Source: Squalus acanthias (taxonomy: Eukaryota). Taken from it: a DNA stretch of 64,000 bases. Every line of letters starts with the position of its first letter. Position 1 is the first letter of the stretch. The translations under genes and the position numbers were made by a program. The stretch lies in NCBI GenBank assembly GCA_030390025.1, contig CM059432.1:23314001-23378000 (forward strand), read 5' to 3'. The notes beneath the pieces were generated by a model. The model searched no databases and was not told the DNA's origin. It worked only from the letters and a program-made list of their open reading frames with translations. Positions 1-15,000 of the stretch are shown in pieces.

Positions 1-47
1 GCCTTTCTGAATGTCAACACCACTGAATGGATGCACAATTATTTTAC

Positions 48-83
48 CTCATTTCCTTTGAGACCATGAATACCAGCAGAGCC
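48..83 (-). CDS. Collagen IX-like exon (36 bp, ~exon 25): [12 protein letters not shown]
   Basis: cttttcag|GGC...GAG|gtaaaa; 36-bp exon after the 72-bp exon as in COL9 genes. Confidence 0.93.
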
Positions 84-3000
84 CTGAAAAGACAAAACAA
101 ACGTGAGTTTACAGTATCTGAATAAACCATTAGCAATGACCTAATGTGATCATCAGTTTCTGGGGTTGATCAATCAGTGCAGGAAAGAACATGGCCTTGA
201 AATGATATTCTGGGGATAAACCCTTCAAAAGAACACAGTTCTGATGATGGTGGTCTGCATCCGTGGTGTTTGCTTTTTTCCCCCTTTTCAGTGCTGATGG
301 ATTGACTTTCACATAACTTGCACCTGTGGGGTTTTTTTTAGTCCAATTTTCCCCATTTCCTTGCCTTTTACATTGTGATCCTCATCCTTGTTTTCAAATC
401 CCTCCATGGCCTCGCCCTTCCTATCTCTGTAATCTCCTTCAGCCCCACAACCTCCTCCCCCCCCCCCCACCCCCCGAGATATCTGCGCTCCTCTAATTCT
501 GCCCTCTTGAGCATCCCTGATTATAATCGCTCACCCTTTGGTGGCCATGCCTTTTGTCGCCTAGGCCCTAAGCTCTGGAATTCCCTGCCTAAACCTGTCC
601 GCCTCGCTACCTCTCTTTCCTTCTTTAAGACGCTCCTTAAAACCTACCTCTTTGACCAAGCTCTTGGTCACCTGCCCTAAATTTATCCTTATGTGGCTTG
701 GTGTCAAATTTTTTGTCTTAAAATACTCCTGTGTATCGCCTTGGGACGTTTTACTACGTTAAAGGCGCTATATAAATACAAGTTGTTGTTGTTGAGAGCC
801 TCTCACCATTTTAGCTATTTGCACATTCTTCTGACCTCCATTGATGTCTTTCCTTTGCCTCACTACGATGATCTGTTATACCACTGAAGAATTTCCTGCT
901 TTTCTATTAAGCAAGTTGCAGGTGTTGCCATATTGGCAATTTTAGAAATGGGCATCATGTCCTTCAGTCAGGAAGGGGTGTGCAAAATGTTTCCCCTAGA
1001 AAATGTTCATTTTTTTTATACCATATTTGCTGCATTTTGCAGTTGAATGCATTAGTGTCAGTTGTAAAATGTACCGAATGCTGCACTGCTTTCCGGGCGG
1101 ACAGAAAACTTTCTTGCACAGAAATGAGTTGAATCCAACTCCCGTATGACCAACTCAAGTGCAGCACCATCCATCATCGGAATGGCCCCACATGCATTCC
1201 AAAGCGAGGCTGCTGCCTACGGGCACTAGGTCAAGCCCTCCTCCCATTTGCGACTCTTACTTCAAAGTTAGCATCTCCAAGAAGTATGTGCCACCATTTT
1301 TAGTGCCTGATAGGTGAGCAGATGCTTCTCTTGAAATTAAAAGTGGGTATATAGCGTATACCCTGACTACACCCTGGTCCCAGGTCTTTCAACCCATTAA
1401 CTTCCTTTCTGCGAATGGAGAATGCATAGAATAGCATAGAAACAGGAGGTTCAGTCCACCCAGTCCGTGTTGGTGTATTCCCCACAGGAGCGTGGTCCTA
1501 ATCCCATGAGAGCAGTGGTCCCAATCTCATGAGAGCAGTGGTCCCAATCTCATGAGAGCAGTTGTGTGCTCGCTCTGTTCCCATAGTCCTTCGTTCACCT
1601 TTTCTTCAACCACCGAACTAACCTATTCTTAAGTGTTGACATGGTCTCTGCTTCATTAACTAACTCTGATAGTTCATTCCTTAGCCTCAGAATCCACTGT
1701 ATATAAAAGGTTTCTCCTAGTCTCTGTCCTAAATCTCTTAAATTTAATATTATATCTATATCCCCTTGTTCGAAACCCCTCAATCACTGGAGACAGTCTG
1801 CTTCTACCTGCTCTGTCCCATCCCATCATAATTTTAAACATCACTATCAAATCACCCCTTAGCCCCAATTTTTTGAGTCCTTCTTTGTATTTGTATTTCC
1901 TCTTACCAGGAAGCATCCTAGTGAACCTGCGCTATACTCTACTGCTTTAATGTACCAGTGGGACTCCAACTTAGTCTTAATAAGATTTTACATAGATTCA
2001 CCATTACATCTCAACTCTATCCTAAAATGTTTGCATATCTTTAAATAAAGGGCCTTAACTGCCGAGTTGACTAAAAATTGAACCAACAAAAACAGATTAT
2101 CTGGTCATTATCACATTGCTGTTTGTGGGACCTTGCTGTGCGCAAATTGGCTGCCGCGTTTCCCACATTACAACAGCGACTCCACTTCAAAAGTACTTCA
2201 TTAGCTGTAAAGTGCTTTGAGACGTCCGGTGGTCGAGAAAGGCGCTATATAAATGCAAGTCTTTCTTTCATAGTGTTTATCTTAACACTGGTGAAAAATC
2301 TTACACTAATCCTTAACAAATACATAGAATACATAAGCTGTACAGTATATTCTTCCACTTTTTAACTAATTAATGCCTTACCTTATCTCCTCTTCCTCCA
2401 GGAAAACCAAGAGGCCCCTGAAGACCTGGACGACCACAGTCACCCTTTGATCCCTATTAATCAGAAAATACCAATTAGTTGGAAAAACAAATGAGCTATG
2501 GTCGCAAGTCAATAAGAAGCCACACTTGTACAGAATGTGGATCAGAGATAGGGTCAAAGCATTGTAGCCCCAATCTCCAACCCACATTCCTTGCAAGTGT
2601 GACTAACCATTGGAAACATGGAATCATGCAATTACACAGGCTCGAGGGGGTGAATCTGTCCTATGTTATTTAAATTTTAAAAGAGTTTGGGAGGCACAAT
2701 GGGTTAGCACATTTTCTTTTCACCTCTGGACACTGGGCACAGGCTTGATGAGTCAAGTGGCCAGTTGTGTTGTAACATTTTATCATGTACTAGCCCAGCA
2801 CAGACTATAGAATGGAAATCTCTGTGGGCTGTTAGGTTGCTACAGGAGATAAGTTTGGGCGGTGCCAATCTAATTCCCAGTCAGTGTGGATCTGCAGCAC
2901 AAAACCTTTCAAAATATGACAGGAGGCCCATCTCATTAACAAAGCTCTGCCTGCTTGAGTGTAATCCCCACCGCCCTCCCAAGGAATCCTCAAGAAATCT

Positions 3001-6000
3001 CTGGGCAATGCAAAGAAGGTAGAGACCCAGCAAAATGGGCCTCCACCCCTTTTTTTCTGTTCTGTGCAGGAAAACAGATAGCAATTAATAATATTAAATT
3101 TATAGCCTGGAGATTTTTGCTCGGTTACCCTGTAATTTCATAGTTTTCTCCTCTTTAAAGTCATGCCTCAGGTGATTAAATAAACTATAAAACACACCAG
3201 GATAGCTCGCCCAATGGTCCAGTGAATGATTCCAACTGAGCCACACAGACTATGAAGATCCCTGGTCCAATCTTGGGTTTATATTGAGCTTGTTGATCTC
3301 AGCAAGTGGTGGGAGCACTGAAATTCATCTTAATGCTTAGGCAGGGGGGTGGGGGGGGGGGGGGGAGAAGTTAATCTAGGGTTCCCACTCCTGATTTCTA
3401 TCCACCGACTCCTGCTGGAACAGAGTGTGTCTGAAGACGTTCGTGTGAGGATAGAATCAGGTTCGGCTGTGATGTTCCACACCTCTCAGTGGTAGCACAC
3501 TTATCTCTGAGGCAGAAGGTCGTGGGTTCAAGTCCCACTTCAGAGACATGAGCACAAAATCTAGGCTGACACTCCAGTACAGTACTGAGGGATTGCTGCA
3601 CTGTCGGAGGTGCAGTCTTTCAGATGCAACGTTAAACTGAGATCCAATCTGCCCTGAGTTGGATGTAAAAGATCCCATGGCACTATTCCAAGAAAAGCAG
3701 TTCTCTCCGGTGTTCTGGCCAATATTTATCCCTCAACCAATATCACTCAAACAGATTCCCTGGTCATTATCTCATTGCTGTTTGTGGGACCTTGCCGTGT
3801 GCAAATTGGCTGCCGCGTTTCCTACATTACAACAGTGACTACATTTCAAAATTACTTCATTGACTGCAAAGCGCTTTGGGATGTCCCGAGATTGTGAAAG
3901 GCGCTATATAAATGCAAGTTCTTTCTTTTTCCTATTACATGATCAAATAGTCTAGCGACACTCACAGTCAATGGCTACTTGGATGCTGATTGGCTGTGGC
4001 CTTATAGGCCTGCTGCAGCACAGTATTGCAGGAACCCTCTTTGCTGCTGTTTTAAACTTCAAAGAAAAAAATCTCATTTTTGAAAATGGTGCCTACGCCA
4101 AGGCAATCGATACACACTTGAATATGTCCACCCTTCTACACCCTTCAGTCACATCTGGCAGGAAATCTAGGATGTGACAGAGACAAAAGGAGGTGGGGGG
4201 TGGGGGGAGCTGGAGAAATGCTTCACAAGCAATTTTCCACCACGTTCGAGTGGATTCACACCAGTTCCTCGGCGTAACTCCAGCGGAAAATCATGGCTTC
4301 AGTGTTCATAAAGATAAGTGTGACAAGTTTCTCAACAACTTCATTTAATGTATGTCAGTTCAGTTGAAACCTGGTTTTACTTACAGAAGGGCCTGGCAAA
4401 CCAGGGGATCCAGTTAGTCCTGGCTCTCCAGAATTTCCCTGTAAAAAAGCATCATATTAATGTTTAGTAATGTAAAAATGCACGCTTTGTATTGCAAGTC
4501 TTCCAATAGCACACAAGACTTTCCTCGGGTAAAGTAATGGTTGAGTCTGGCAAATAGAAACTGAAGGGATATTGGGGCTGGTTTTATTATCCCGTCCGTT
4601 TTTAGGCACAGTCAGGATCTTAAATCTAGCGGAAATGAGTTCTGCCGACTTGCCACCTAATTTGTGCCTTGCTCCATTATATGGTCAGTCCTTAGGAGGG
4701 CCTTGGAAGCTCCTATTCGAAGCAGCTGATAGCTTCTTTAAGGTATTCAAAAGGCCCACAGAAAGTGTCTTTAGACCTTATCTGGACCCTTCTTGACTAA
4801 CTATTATGCTGGAATTGTGACATGCCATCCTTCACATGGTACTGCATGAGTGTGCAAGAGCCAACATCGCCTGTTTGGCCACACTTGTCAAGATGGCACC
4901 AACCATTTCTGCAGGGCCTGTGATCTGTTTTCTCAAACGGGGTTAGGTGCTAGGTCGCTCCGTCACTTGTCTGCAGACCAATGTCTAAATTCAGGGTTAC
5001 TTTCCCCTTCATTTTTCCGGCTAATTTTAATCCTCTGCCATTTCAGCCTTCAGAAATGCTGCTGATGGGTTTAGATGCCTTTTAAGGCTCTCGAAAAGCT
5101 TGCTAAAATTTTGTCTCCTCACTATGATACGACCCTTTAATTGTCCCCATCCCTTTAAATTTCGCTTACATGCAATTTTCCTCTCCACCACTAGTGTCTT
5201 CCCTAAACCAGTCTCAGTTTGCTCTTGGAGCTTTGACGAATTCCTCAAATTAGCTTAGACTGGAGAATTGAGCACTATTTGCACTTGACCATTCTGGTGG
5301 ATTAGCTTCTGTTCTTAACGGTTTAGAACTAACTCTGACTGAAGGACAAAAATTGACCCTGAAGTCTGAGCAAAACAGCTGAGCCGCTGACAGTGTCAAT
5401 ATAATTTCACAGTATGCCAACCGATACAGTGTAGTTGGACATACTCCATTACACGGTTGGTCACTGGCATATCCGTTTCATCAACTACAGAATATTTCAT
5501 TATCATAGAATTCTAGAAATATAGGCACAAATGGAGATCATTTTGGCACATCATGCCTGTGCCACTCCATTCTCCTGTCCTTTTCCCACACTAATACTTC
5601 ATGGGCCGGATATTCCGATCCCTACGGGTGTGTACGCGCTGTGTACCCACCCGTAGGGACATCGGCATTTCTGATCTGTAAAGAAAGCTCTTGACAGATC
5701 CTCCGGCTGCCCTGGAGAAGGGCCTCTGCGGGCGGATAGTTCTGCTTTTTGGAGACCCTCCACCCGCAGAAAACCCTTACAATTCTTGCGCCTGGTAAAA
5801 GCAGGATAAGAGTTGAAAAAAGTTTTTTTTTTTAATTTCCACTGATTTATCATTTAAAAATACTTTTAAAAAAAGGGAAGTTTATTTTTAGCCCCATAAA
5901 AAACTTTAATTATTTTTTTCAAAAATTTAAAGTTTTGTTTAAAATAGTTAATTTATTTGTACTTTCAAGTCATTTAAAAAATTTGATTTTTAAAAAAATT

Positions 6001-9000
6001 TATTTGAAGTTTTACTATGTTTTGGGGGTGATCTCCATTCATATATTTGACAGGTCTTCCTGTCAAATGTATGAAGGGAGATTCCCTTCTTTGATTGGCT
6101 CCCCATGGCCCACGTGATCCCAGGGACGCTGCAAGCTACCAGTGCCTCTGGGATACGTGGGCCCTGCGCACCGGCAGTTTGGAGAGGCCCAGCAGCAGAA
6201 CTCTGCACCTCCTGGGAGCTCTCAGGTAAGGGCGCAGATTTTTCCGCGGGAGGCCTGCGATCGGAATATCTGGGCCCATGTGTTTACCTAACTCCTCAAC
6301 ATTAATATTGTCAGCCTTGGCTCTGAGTCAGAAGGTTGTGGCTCAAGTCCCATTTCAGGGCATGAGCACATAATCTAGGCTGATACTTCAGTGCAGTACT
6401 GAGTGAGTGCTGCATTATCAAAGGTGCCTTATTTCAGACATTAAACAGAGGTCGCACCTGCCTGTTCAGGTAGATGAAAAAGATTCCGTGGTACTAATTA
6501 AAGAGTAGAGGAGTTCCAGTCAACATTTATCCCTCAACCAACACTGCAAAAACAGAATGGTCCAGATTTTGCGGTCGGTATGACAGCGTACTCTGAGAGT
6601 ACCACCTTTGAAATGGACAGTAAGTTCAGGATAATTCTGAACTTACGATCTGTCAAGTTCCGACTTGACAGATGATCCGCATCGACATGGAAATCTTCAT
6701 TGCTGGGGCAGAGTGGAGCTAACTGCCCAGCAACTGCCCAGCAATTACGCATGAAAATTTTACGGCTGGTGCAAACAGGTGCAGCAGCCTGTTTGCACAA
6801 CGCAAGGGGATACCCATCAATAACAAATCTTAATTTTGAAGAAAATCCTTTCCTTTACTGGTTATTAGCTGTCTGCAGACTTTGATACTTAAACAGGATT
6901 TAGAAAAAAATCAGTTCAGTAATGTCTATTATTGCATTATATGTTCCTCCACAGCATGTTTTATTGTGAGGGCTCCACAGCAATCTTACTTTCTCCCTCT
7001 TTTCAAACTGGAACCAGCTGGCCATAAACCATCTACAGCCAAGAGGGTAGACAAGTGACTTGCTCCCTGGTCTTTCTCCAAAGCCACTCCATTTGAGTCA
7101 CTGGAAGGTGTACAATCTGATTGGAGCACCGGCCCACGTGACCCCAGGTATGCTTCCGCACACGGGACGCCGCTGGGTTCCGTGGGCCGCTACGCTGCGC
7201 TCAACTCCGCAGCGTCTGACAGGAACTTTTCGTTTGGGGCCTTGCAACAGGTAAGTGCGCATTCAATTCGGATGCCGGCGGCGTAATCCTTAATTATGCC
7301 GCCGACCGCAAAATCAGGGCCATTATTGTCATTTACCTCATTGTTGTTTGTGAAATCTTGCTGTGTGCAAATTGGCTGTCGTGTTTGCCTACATTACAAC
7401 AGTGATTACACTTCAAAAGTACTTCATTGGTTGTAAAGCGCAATGGGATGTCCTGAGAGCATGAAAGTTGCTGTATAGATGCAAGTGCTTTCTTTACTTG
7501 TGGTAATGTGTTCAATATTCTAATATCTCTTTGCATGAAAACATTTCTTTTAACTAAACTAACTTTGTTAGTTGAAAAAGGGAAGAGTATGGTGTTCACT
7601 GTGAGATAGAAGCACACAATTGAGAAATGGGACAATGAACAGAATCTTTTGGAGATTTTTTTTGTCTTTTATTCATTCAACTGCAATGTGTGACACAAAT
7701 CCCAACAAACTTCCAGGACTGCTAAGTCCTAAGAAATTAGTTTGCTGGACTTAGCTCAGTTTGATAGCAATAAACTAACTACAACCTTGGCAACATATAA
7801 CATCCATTTAAAGCCTCATTGCCATTAAGTGACTGCTAACATATGCCACATGGACTGGTCCTTGCCAGACCCAACCTGAAGAACGTAGATAATACTATCA
7901 CTAGGACCAGCATCATCAGGAGAGGATGGTAGAATAAAATGAAGGAAAGTGGGGGGGGGGGGGAATAACTTGAGGTTGCTATGTTCTTCAAAGCTGCAAT
8001 AATGGGCCTATGCGATTCCTGGAATCTGCCAAAATATTTACTTGGCCGAATTGGATCAGATAAATTATTCCAGTCTCGCTCCCCCAGTTGGTCAATTCTG
8101 AACTCATGGGCTTATTATACAATCAGAGTATACACAAGTAATGCAATAACTCAGTTTGCATGCCACCATCACAAAGGATCCCAATTCTTGGCTTGACATA
8201 GTGCAAATGGTGTAAGATGGATGACCCCACTATAAATACAGATACTTCAGAATAAGGCTGGCTGTATTGATGGTAAGCTCTTTTTTTTTTAAAGCAAGAC
8301 CAAAGATCCCACTCTGACTAATTTTCCCATCTCTTTCCTGAAACTGGTAACTCACGCTGGGTTCTACAGGGGCTGGCTATCCTCCAGCTCATTATGCAAA
8401 AGGCAATCTTTCAACAAGTGCTGGAAGGCAATTTGTGTGTGGGAGACATCACAGCCAAGCCTTGTCCTGTCCACCTGTCATCCATGTATGTGCACTTCCC
8501 AGCATGAATAGAAGCTGTTATTCTTCCCTCATTAGCTGATAATTTCTCTTCCTTAGCCTAAGAGCATTTGAGACCAAATGTAGCTCCTCAGTGCAGTGGT
8601 GAGAAGTGATATTGGCTCAGAAGATCAAGATGTAGAATCGGTTTGGGTGGAGATAAAAAATAATAAGGGGAAAAAGGTCTCTGGTGGGCGTAGTCTACAG
8701 GCCCCCGAACAGTAGCAATGCTGTTGGACAGAGTATAAATCAACAAATAATGGAGGCCTGTAAAAAAGGTATGGTAATAATCATGGGTGATTTTAATCTC
8801 CATATTGATTGGACAAATCAAATTGGCCATGGTAGCCTGGAGGAGGAGTTCATAGAGTGCATCCGGGATGTTTTCCTAGAACAGTATGTAATGGAACCAA
8901 TCAGGGAGCAGGCTATCTTGGATCTGGTACTATGTAATGAGACAGAATTAATAAATGATCTCATAGTAAAGGATCCTCTAGGAAAGAGTGATCATAGCAT

Positions 9001-12000
9001 GATTGAATTTCAAATTCAGTTGGAGGGTGAGAAAGTTGTATCCCAAACCAGTGTCCTGATCTTAAACAAAGGCAATTACAATGGCATGAGGGCAGAACTG
9101 GCTAAAGTGGACTGGAAAAACAAATTAAAGGGTAAGAAAGTTGAAATGCAGTGGCGGACATTTAAGGAGATATTTCATAACTCTCAAAAAAAATATATTC
9201 CAGTGAGAAAGAAAGATTTTAAGAGAAGGGAACACCATCCGTGGCTAACTAAGGAAGTAAAGGATGGTATCAAATTGAAAACGAAGGCATACAATGTTGC
9301 CAAGATTGGTGGGAGACCAGAGGATTGGGAAATTTTTAAAAACCAGCAAAGGATGACTAAAAAATAATAAACCCCACCTCATTGTCTTAGCTGTATTCTG
9401 CTGTGTCTTTGATGTAATGCCTCCCTGACGGATTGTATCTCTGCAGACACATTGTTCTCTGTCTATATATGCCTTGTAACTGATTTTTATTCCCTCACTG
9501 TACCTGACGAAGGAGCAGTGCTCCGAAAGCTCGTAATTTCAAATAAAACTGTTGGACTGTAACCTGGTGTTGTGCGACTTCTCATTTTTTTTAAATAATA
9601 GAGAGAGAAGATGAATTATGAGAGTAAGCTGGCAAGAAACATTAAAACAGATAGTAAGAGCTTCTACAGGTATATAAAAAGGAAGAGGGTAGCTAAAGTA
9701 AACATTGGTCCCTTAGAGGATGAGACTGGGGAATTAATAATGGGGAATGGGGAAATGGCAGAGACTCTGAACAAATATTTTGCATCTGTCTTCACTGTAG
9801 AAGACACTAACAACATCCCAATAATGGATAATCAAGGGGCCACAGGGAGTGGGGAACTAAAGACAATCACTATCACTAAGGAAATAGTACTCGGTAAAAT
9901 AATGGGACTAAAAGATGACAAGTCCCCTGGACCAGATGGCCTGCATCCCAGGGTCTTAAAAGAAGTGACTGCAGAGATAGTGGATGCATTGGTTGCAATA
10001 TACCAAAATTCCCTGGACTCTGGAGAGGTCCCAGCGGATTGGAAAACCGCTGATGTAACACTCCTATTTAAGAAAGGAGGGAGACAGAAAGCAGGAAACT
10101 ATAGACCAGTTAGCCTAACATCTGCCATTGGGAAAATACTGGAGTCCTTCATTAAGGAAGCAGCAGTAGCAGGGCATTTAGAAAAACATACTGCAGTCAA
10201 ACAGAGTCAGCATGGTTTTAGGAAAGGGAAATCATGTTTAACAAATTTGCTGGAGTTCTTTGAGGATGTAACAAGCAGGGTGGACAAGGGTGAGCCAGTG
10301 GATGTGGTGTATTTGGATTTCCAGAAGGCATTCGATAAGGTGCCACATAAAAGGTTACTGCATAAGATAAGACCTCACGGAGTTGGGGGCAATATATTAG
10401 CATGGATAAAGAATTGGCTAACTAACAGAAAGCAGAGAGTCGGGATAAATGGGTCATTTTCTGGTTGGCAAACGGTAACTAGTGGGGTGCCACAAGGATC
10501 GGTGCTGGGGCCCCAACTATTTACAATCTACATTAATGACTTGGATGATGGGATCAAGTGTAATGTAGCCAAGTTTGCGGATGATACAAAGATGGGTGGG
10601 AAAGCAAGTTGTGCAGAGGACTCAAAGAATCTGCAAAGGGATATAGACAGGCTAAGTGAGTGGGCAAACATTTGGCAGATGGAGTATAATGTGGGAAAGT
10701 GCGAGGTTATCCACTCTGGCAGGAAAAATAAAAAAGCAAACTATTATTTAAATGGAGAGAGATCACAAACTGCTCAGTTCAGAAGGACCTGGGGGTCCTT
10801 GTGCATGAAACACAAAATGTTAGCATGCAGGTACAGCAAGTAATCAAAAAGGCAAATGGAATGTTGGCCTTTATTTCAAGGGGGTTGGAGTATAAAAGCA
10901 GGGAAGTCCTGCTGCAACTGTACAAGGTATTGGTGAGACCACACCTTGAGTACTGTGTACAGTTTTGGTCTCCTTATTTAAGGAAGGATATACTTGCACT
11001 GGAGGAAGTTCAGAGACGATTCACTAGGTTAATTCCAGAGATGAGGGGTTTGACTTATGAGGAAAGGTTGAGCAGGCTGGGCCTATACTCATTGGAATTT
11101 AGAAGAATGAGAGGTAATCTTATCAAAACATAAGATACTGAGGGGGCTCGACAGGGTAGATGCAGAGAGGATGTTTCACCTCATGGGGAAATCTAGAACT
11201 CAGGGGCACAGTCTCAGAATAAAGGGTCGCCCTTTTAGAACTGAGATGAGGAGGAACTTCTTCTCTGAGGGTCGTAAATTTGTGGAATTCTCTGCCCCAG
11301 AGAGCTGTGGAGGCTGGTTCATTAAATGCATTTAAAGTGGAGATAGAAAATTTTTGCAAGATAAGGGAGTGAAGGGTTATGGGGAGCGGGCTGGGAAGTG
11401 GCTTTGAGCCCTAGATCAGCCATGATCTTATTGAATGGCGGAGTAGGCTCGAGGGGCCAAGTGGCCTAATCCTGCTCCTATTTCTTATGTTCTTATGTTC
11501 TCAGTCACTGCCCTGGCTGAAATCAGCTAATTCTAGGATCTAGTCTATATAGCCCAGTTCCAAATGGGCAAGTTACTTACCAACTGAGTCATTAGGGGCC
11601 ATGAAAGTTTTTGTTTCACTGTAACACTAATAATTCAGTCTCTCAAGCATTACCTATTGTGATAGAAGATTAATGACATCCCTTCCATCTTATGACACAT
11701 GGTTGAGATACTAAATGAGTACTTTGCATCTGTCTTCACCAAAGAAGATGATGCTGCCATAGACATAGTGAAGGAGGAAGTTGAGGAGATACTGGATGGG
11801 ATAAAAATTGATAAAGATGAGGTACTAGAAAGGCTGGCTGTACTTAAAGTAGATAAGTCACCAGGACCGGATGGGATGCATCCTAGGACGTTGCGGGAAG
11901 TGAAGGAAGAAATTGTGGAGGTACTGGCCATAATCTTCCAATTCTCCTTAGAAATGGGGGTGGTACCAGCGGACTGGAGAATTGCAAATGTTAAACCCTT

Positions 12001-15000
12001 GTTCTAAAAAGGGTGTAAAGATAAACCCAGCAACTACAGGCCAGTCAGTTTAAACTCAGTAGTGGGGAAGCTGTTAAAAACAATAATCAGGGACAAAATT
12101 AACAGTCACTTGGACAAGTGTGGACTAATTAAGGAAAGCCAACACAGATTTGTTAAAGGTAAATCATGGTTAACCAACTTGATCGAGTTTTTTGATGAGG
12201 TAACAGAGAGGGTTGATGAGGGCAATGCGGTTGACATGGTGTACATAGATTTCCAAAAGGCGTTCAACAAAGTGCCACATAATAGGCTTGCCAACAAAGT
12301 TGAAGCCCATGGAATAAAAGGGACAGTGGCAGCATGGATACGAAATTGGCTAAGTGACAGGAAACAGAGAGTAGTAGTGAACAGTTGTTATTCAGACTGG
12401 AGGAAGGCATACAGTGGTGTTCCCCAGGGATCGGTTCTAGGACCACTGCTTTTCTTGATATATATTAATGACTTGGATGTGGGTGTACAGGGCACAATTT
12501 CAAAATTTGCAGATGACACAACTTGGAAGTATAGTGAACAGTGAGGAAGATAGTGATAGACTTCAAGAGAACAAAGACAGGCTGGTGGAATGGGCAGACA
12601 CATGGCAGATTAAATTCAATGCAGAAAAGTGCGAAGTGATACATTTTGATAGAAAGAATGGAGAGAGGAAATATAAACTATCCTAAAGGGGGTGCATGAA
12701 CAGAGAGACCTAGAGGTATATGTGCACAAATCATTGAAGGTGGCAGGGCAGGTTGAGAAAGCAGTTAAAAAAGCATACGGGATCCTGGGCTTCATAAATA
12801 GAGGTCATGATGCACACTTCACCTGAGGAAGGAGCAATCGATAGCTCCGAAAGCTTGTGATTTCAAATAAAACTGTTGGACTATAACCTGGTGTTGTGCG
12901 ACCTCTCAATTTCATAAATAGAGGCATAGGGCTGGATTTTGTCAATGGGGACGTGATGGAGGCGGGACTCCCACTTTTTGGGTTGCAGTCCCGCCTCCAT
13001 CGATTTGTGGCCAACCCACGCTGCTTTCCCTTGATTGACCTTGTTAAGCCCGCCCAGCGAGCTCAGCAGGCCAATTAAGGGACACCTGGATACTGGTGAC
13101 ATCAGCGATTGACATTTCATCTGTCAAGAGCTTTTGACAGATGAAATATCAGCGTTTGACAGCTCTGTGAAGCTGTCAAACACTGACAATCTGTCTTCTA
13201 ACTTGAGTCCTTCTACTCAGACTCAGTTAGAGAGCTGTCCAGACCAGAAAGCAGAGGCTGCAGCTTGTGACAGCTCAGCGGCCATTCTACTTTCTGTGCC
13301 GGTGAGCTGAGGGACTCCCGAGACCTGAAGGGAGGAAGCCTGGAGGAGAAAGTAAAGGTAAGTAAAACTTATTAAAACACTTTACACACACCAAACACAC
13401 TTACCTCTGCACTCATGCACCCATCACTCACTTGTACACCGGACATCTCGACCCCTCCAAGCCCTGCAGACCGACAGTCTGCCTCGCTAACTTGGCGTGG
13501 TTTGGAGCCGTCGGGCAGCCCACACTTCAGGGCTAAAAATAGGGATTAGCCAAAAAACTGCCTGTTAACAGGCAGTTAATTGGCACTAATCCCCTTCCCG
13601 CCTCGGGGAGGCGGCTCCCAGCACAGGTCGGGTACCCGCCTCCTGGGACATTGGCATGGAGGCGGGTTGGGGGCGGGATGGGTACATAGAAACATAGAAA
13701 CATAGAAACTAGGAGCAGGAGTAGGCCATTCGGCCCGTCGAGCCTGCTCCACCATTCAATATGATCATGGCTGATCATCCAAATGCAGTACCCTGTCCCT
13801 GCTTTCTCACACAGAATCCCCATCGAGCCTGCACCAACACATATCCCACCCTATCCCTGTAACCCCACGTATTTAATTCCCCCCTAACATATCCCATCCT
13901 ATCCCCGTAACCCCACATATTTAATCCCCCCCTAACACTAAGGGTCAATTTATCATAGCCAAATCAACCTAACCCACACATTTTTGGACTGTGGGAGGAA
14001 ACCGGAGCACCCGGAGGAAACCCACGCAGACACGGGGAGAATGTGCAAACTCCACACAGACAGTCACCCGAGGCCAGATTCGAACCCGGGTCCCTGGCGC
14101 TGTGAGGCACCAGTGCTAACCACTATGCCACCGTGTTGCCCTGAATCTGCAATTTTCCCACCACTCCCGCCTCCAAACCCGCCTCCACGGGGCTTGGAAA
14201 ATCAAGCCCATAGAGTACAAGAGCATGGAAATTATGATGAACCAGTATAAAACACTGGTTCGGCCTCAACTGGAGTATTGTGTCTAATTCTGGGCACTGC
14301 ACTTTAGGAAGGATGTGAAGGCCTTGGAGAGGGTGCAGAAAAGATTTACGAGAATGATTCCAGAGATGAGGGACTTCAGTTACGTGTATAGGCTGGAGAA
14401 GCCGGAGTTGTTCTCCTTATAGCAGAGAAGATTGAGAGGAGATTTGGTGGAGGTGTTCAAAATCATGAGGGGTCTGGACAGAGTAGATGGAGAGAAACTG
14501 TTCCCATTGTCAGAGGGGTTAAGAACCAAAGGACACAGATTTAAGGTGATTGGCAAAGAACTTTAAAAACTTTTTTTACGCAGCGACTGGTTATGATCTG
14601 GAATGCACTGCCTGAAAGGGTGGTGGAGGCAGACTCAATCACGGCAAAAGGGAGTTGGATAAGTACCTGAAAGAAAAAAATTTGCAGGGCAACGGGGAAA
14701 GGGTGGTGGAGTGGGACTAGCTGAGGTGCTCTTGCAGAGAGCCGGGGCGGGCTTGACAGGCCGAATGGCCTTCTTCCGTGCTGTAGCCATTCTATGATTC
14801 TATTGTACAATTTGAACAAATGCAAGAATGATACAGGAAATGCCAATGTTAAGTACTTACAGGAGAGCCTTGCAGTCCTTGAGATCCCCTTTGTCCTGGG
14901 GTTCCTGGGTCACCCTTAGGAATAAAAGCACCACAATTAGCAAGTAGAGGAATATGAGAAACAGTGTAAATGGTGTAAGATGTCATTTTACAGCCCTATC

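Larger units (their letters stand above)
8596..11501 (+). mobile_element. CR1-clade LINE, 5'-truncated ORF2 (APE endonuclease + RT), disrupted
   Basis: ORFs 8684..9367 (VYRPP, GDFN, LDLV, SDH), 9611..10843 ([27 protein letters not shown]), 10801..11133; (TTCTTATG)n tail. Confidence 0.95.
11693..14803 (+). mobile_element. CR1-clade LINE RT fragment with nested insertions
   Basis: ORFs 11699..12007 and 12062..12544 (FADD); 3' part resumes at 14210; ATTCTATGATTCTAT tail. Confidence 0.92.

Noticed and set aside
1490..1562. Regular 23-bp repeats (also 38895-39185) as a CRISPR-like array
   Set aside because: Head-to-tail tandem units without unique spacers, in eukaryotic DNA.
3484..3545. tRNA gene
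   Set aside because: A/B boxes run directly into a SINE body and tail, with no complete cloverleaf; the same holds for the other copies.
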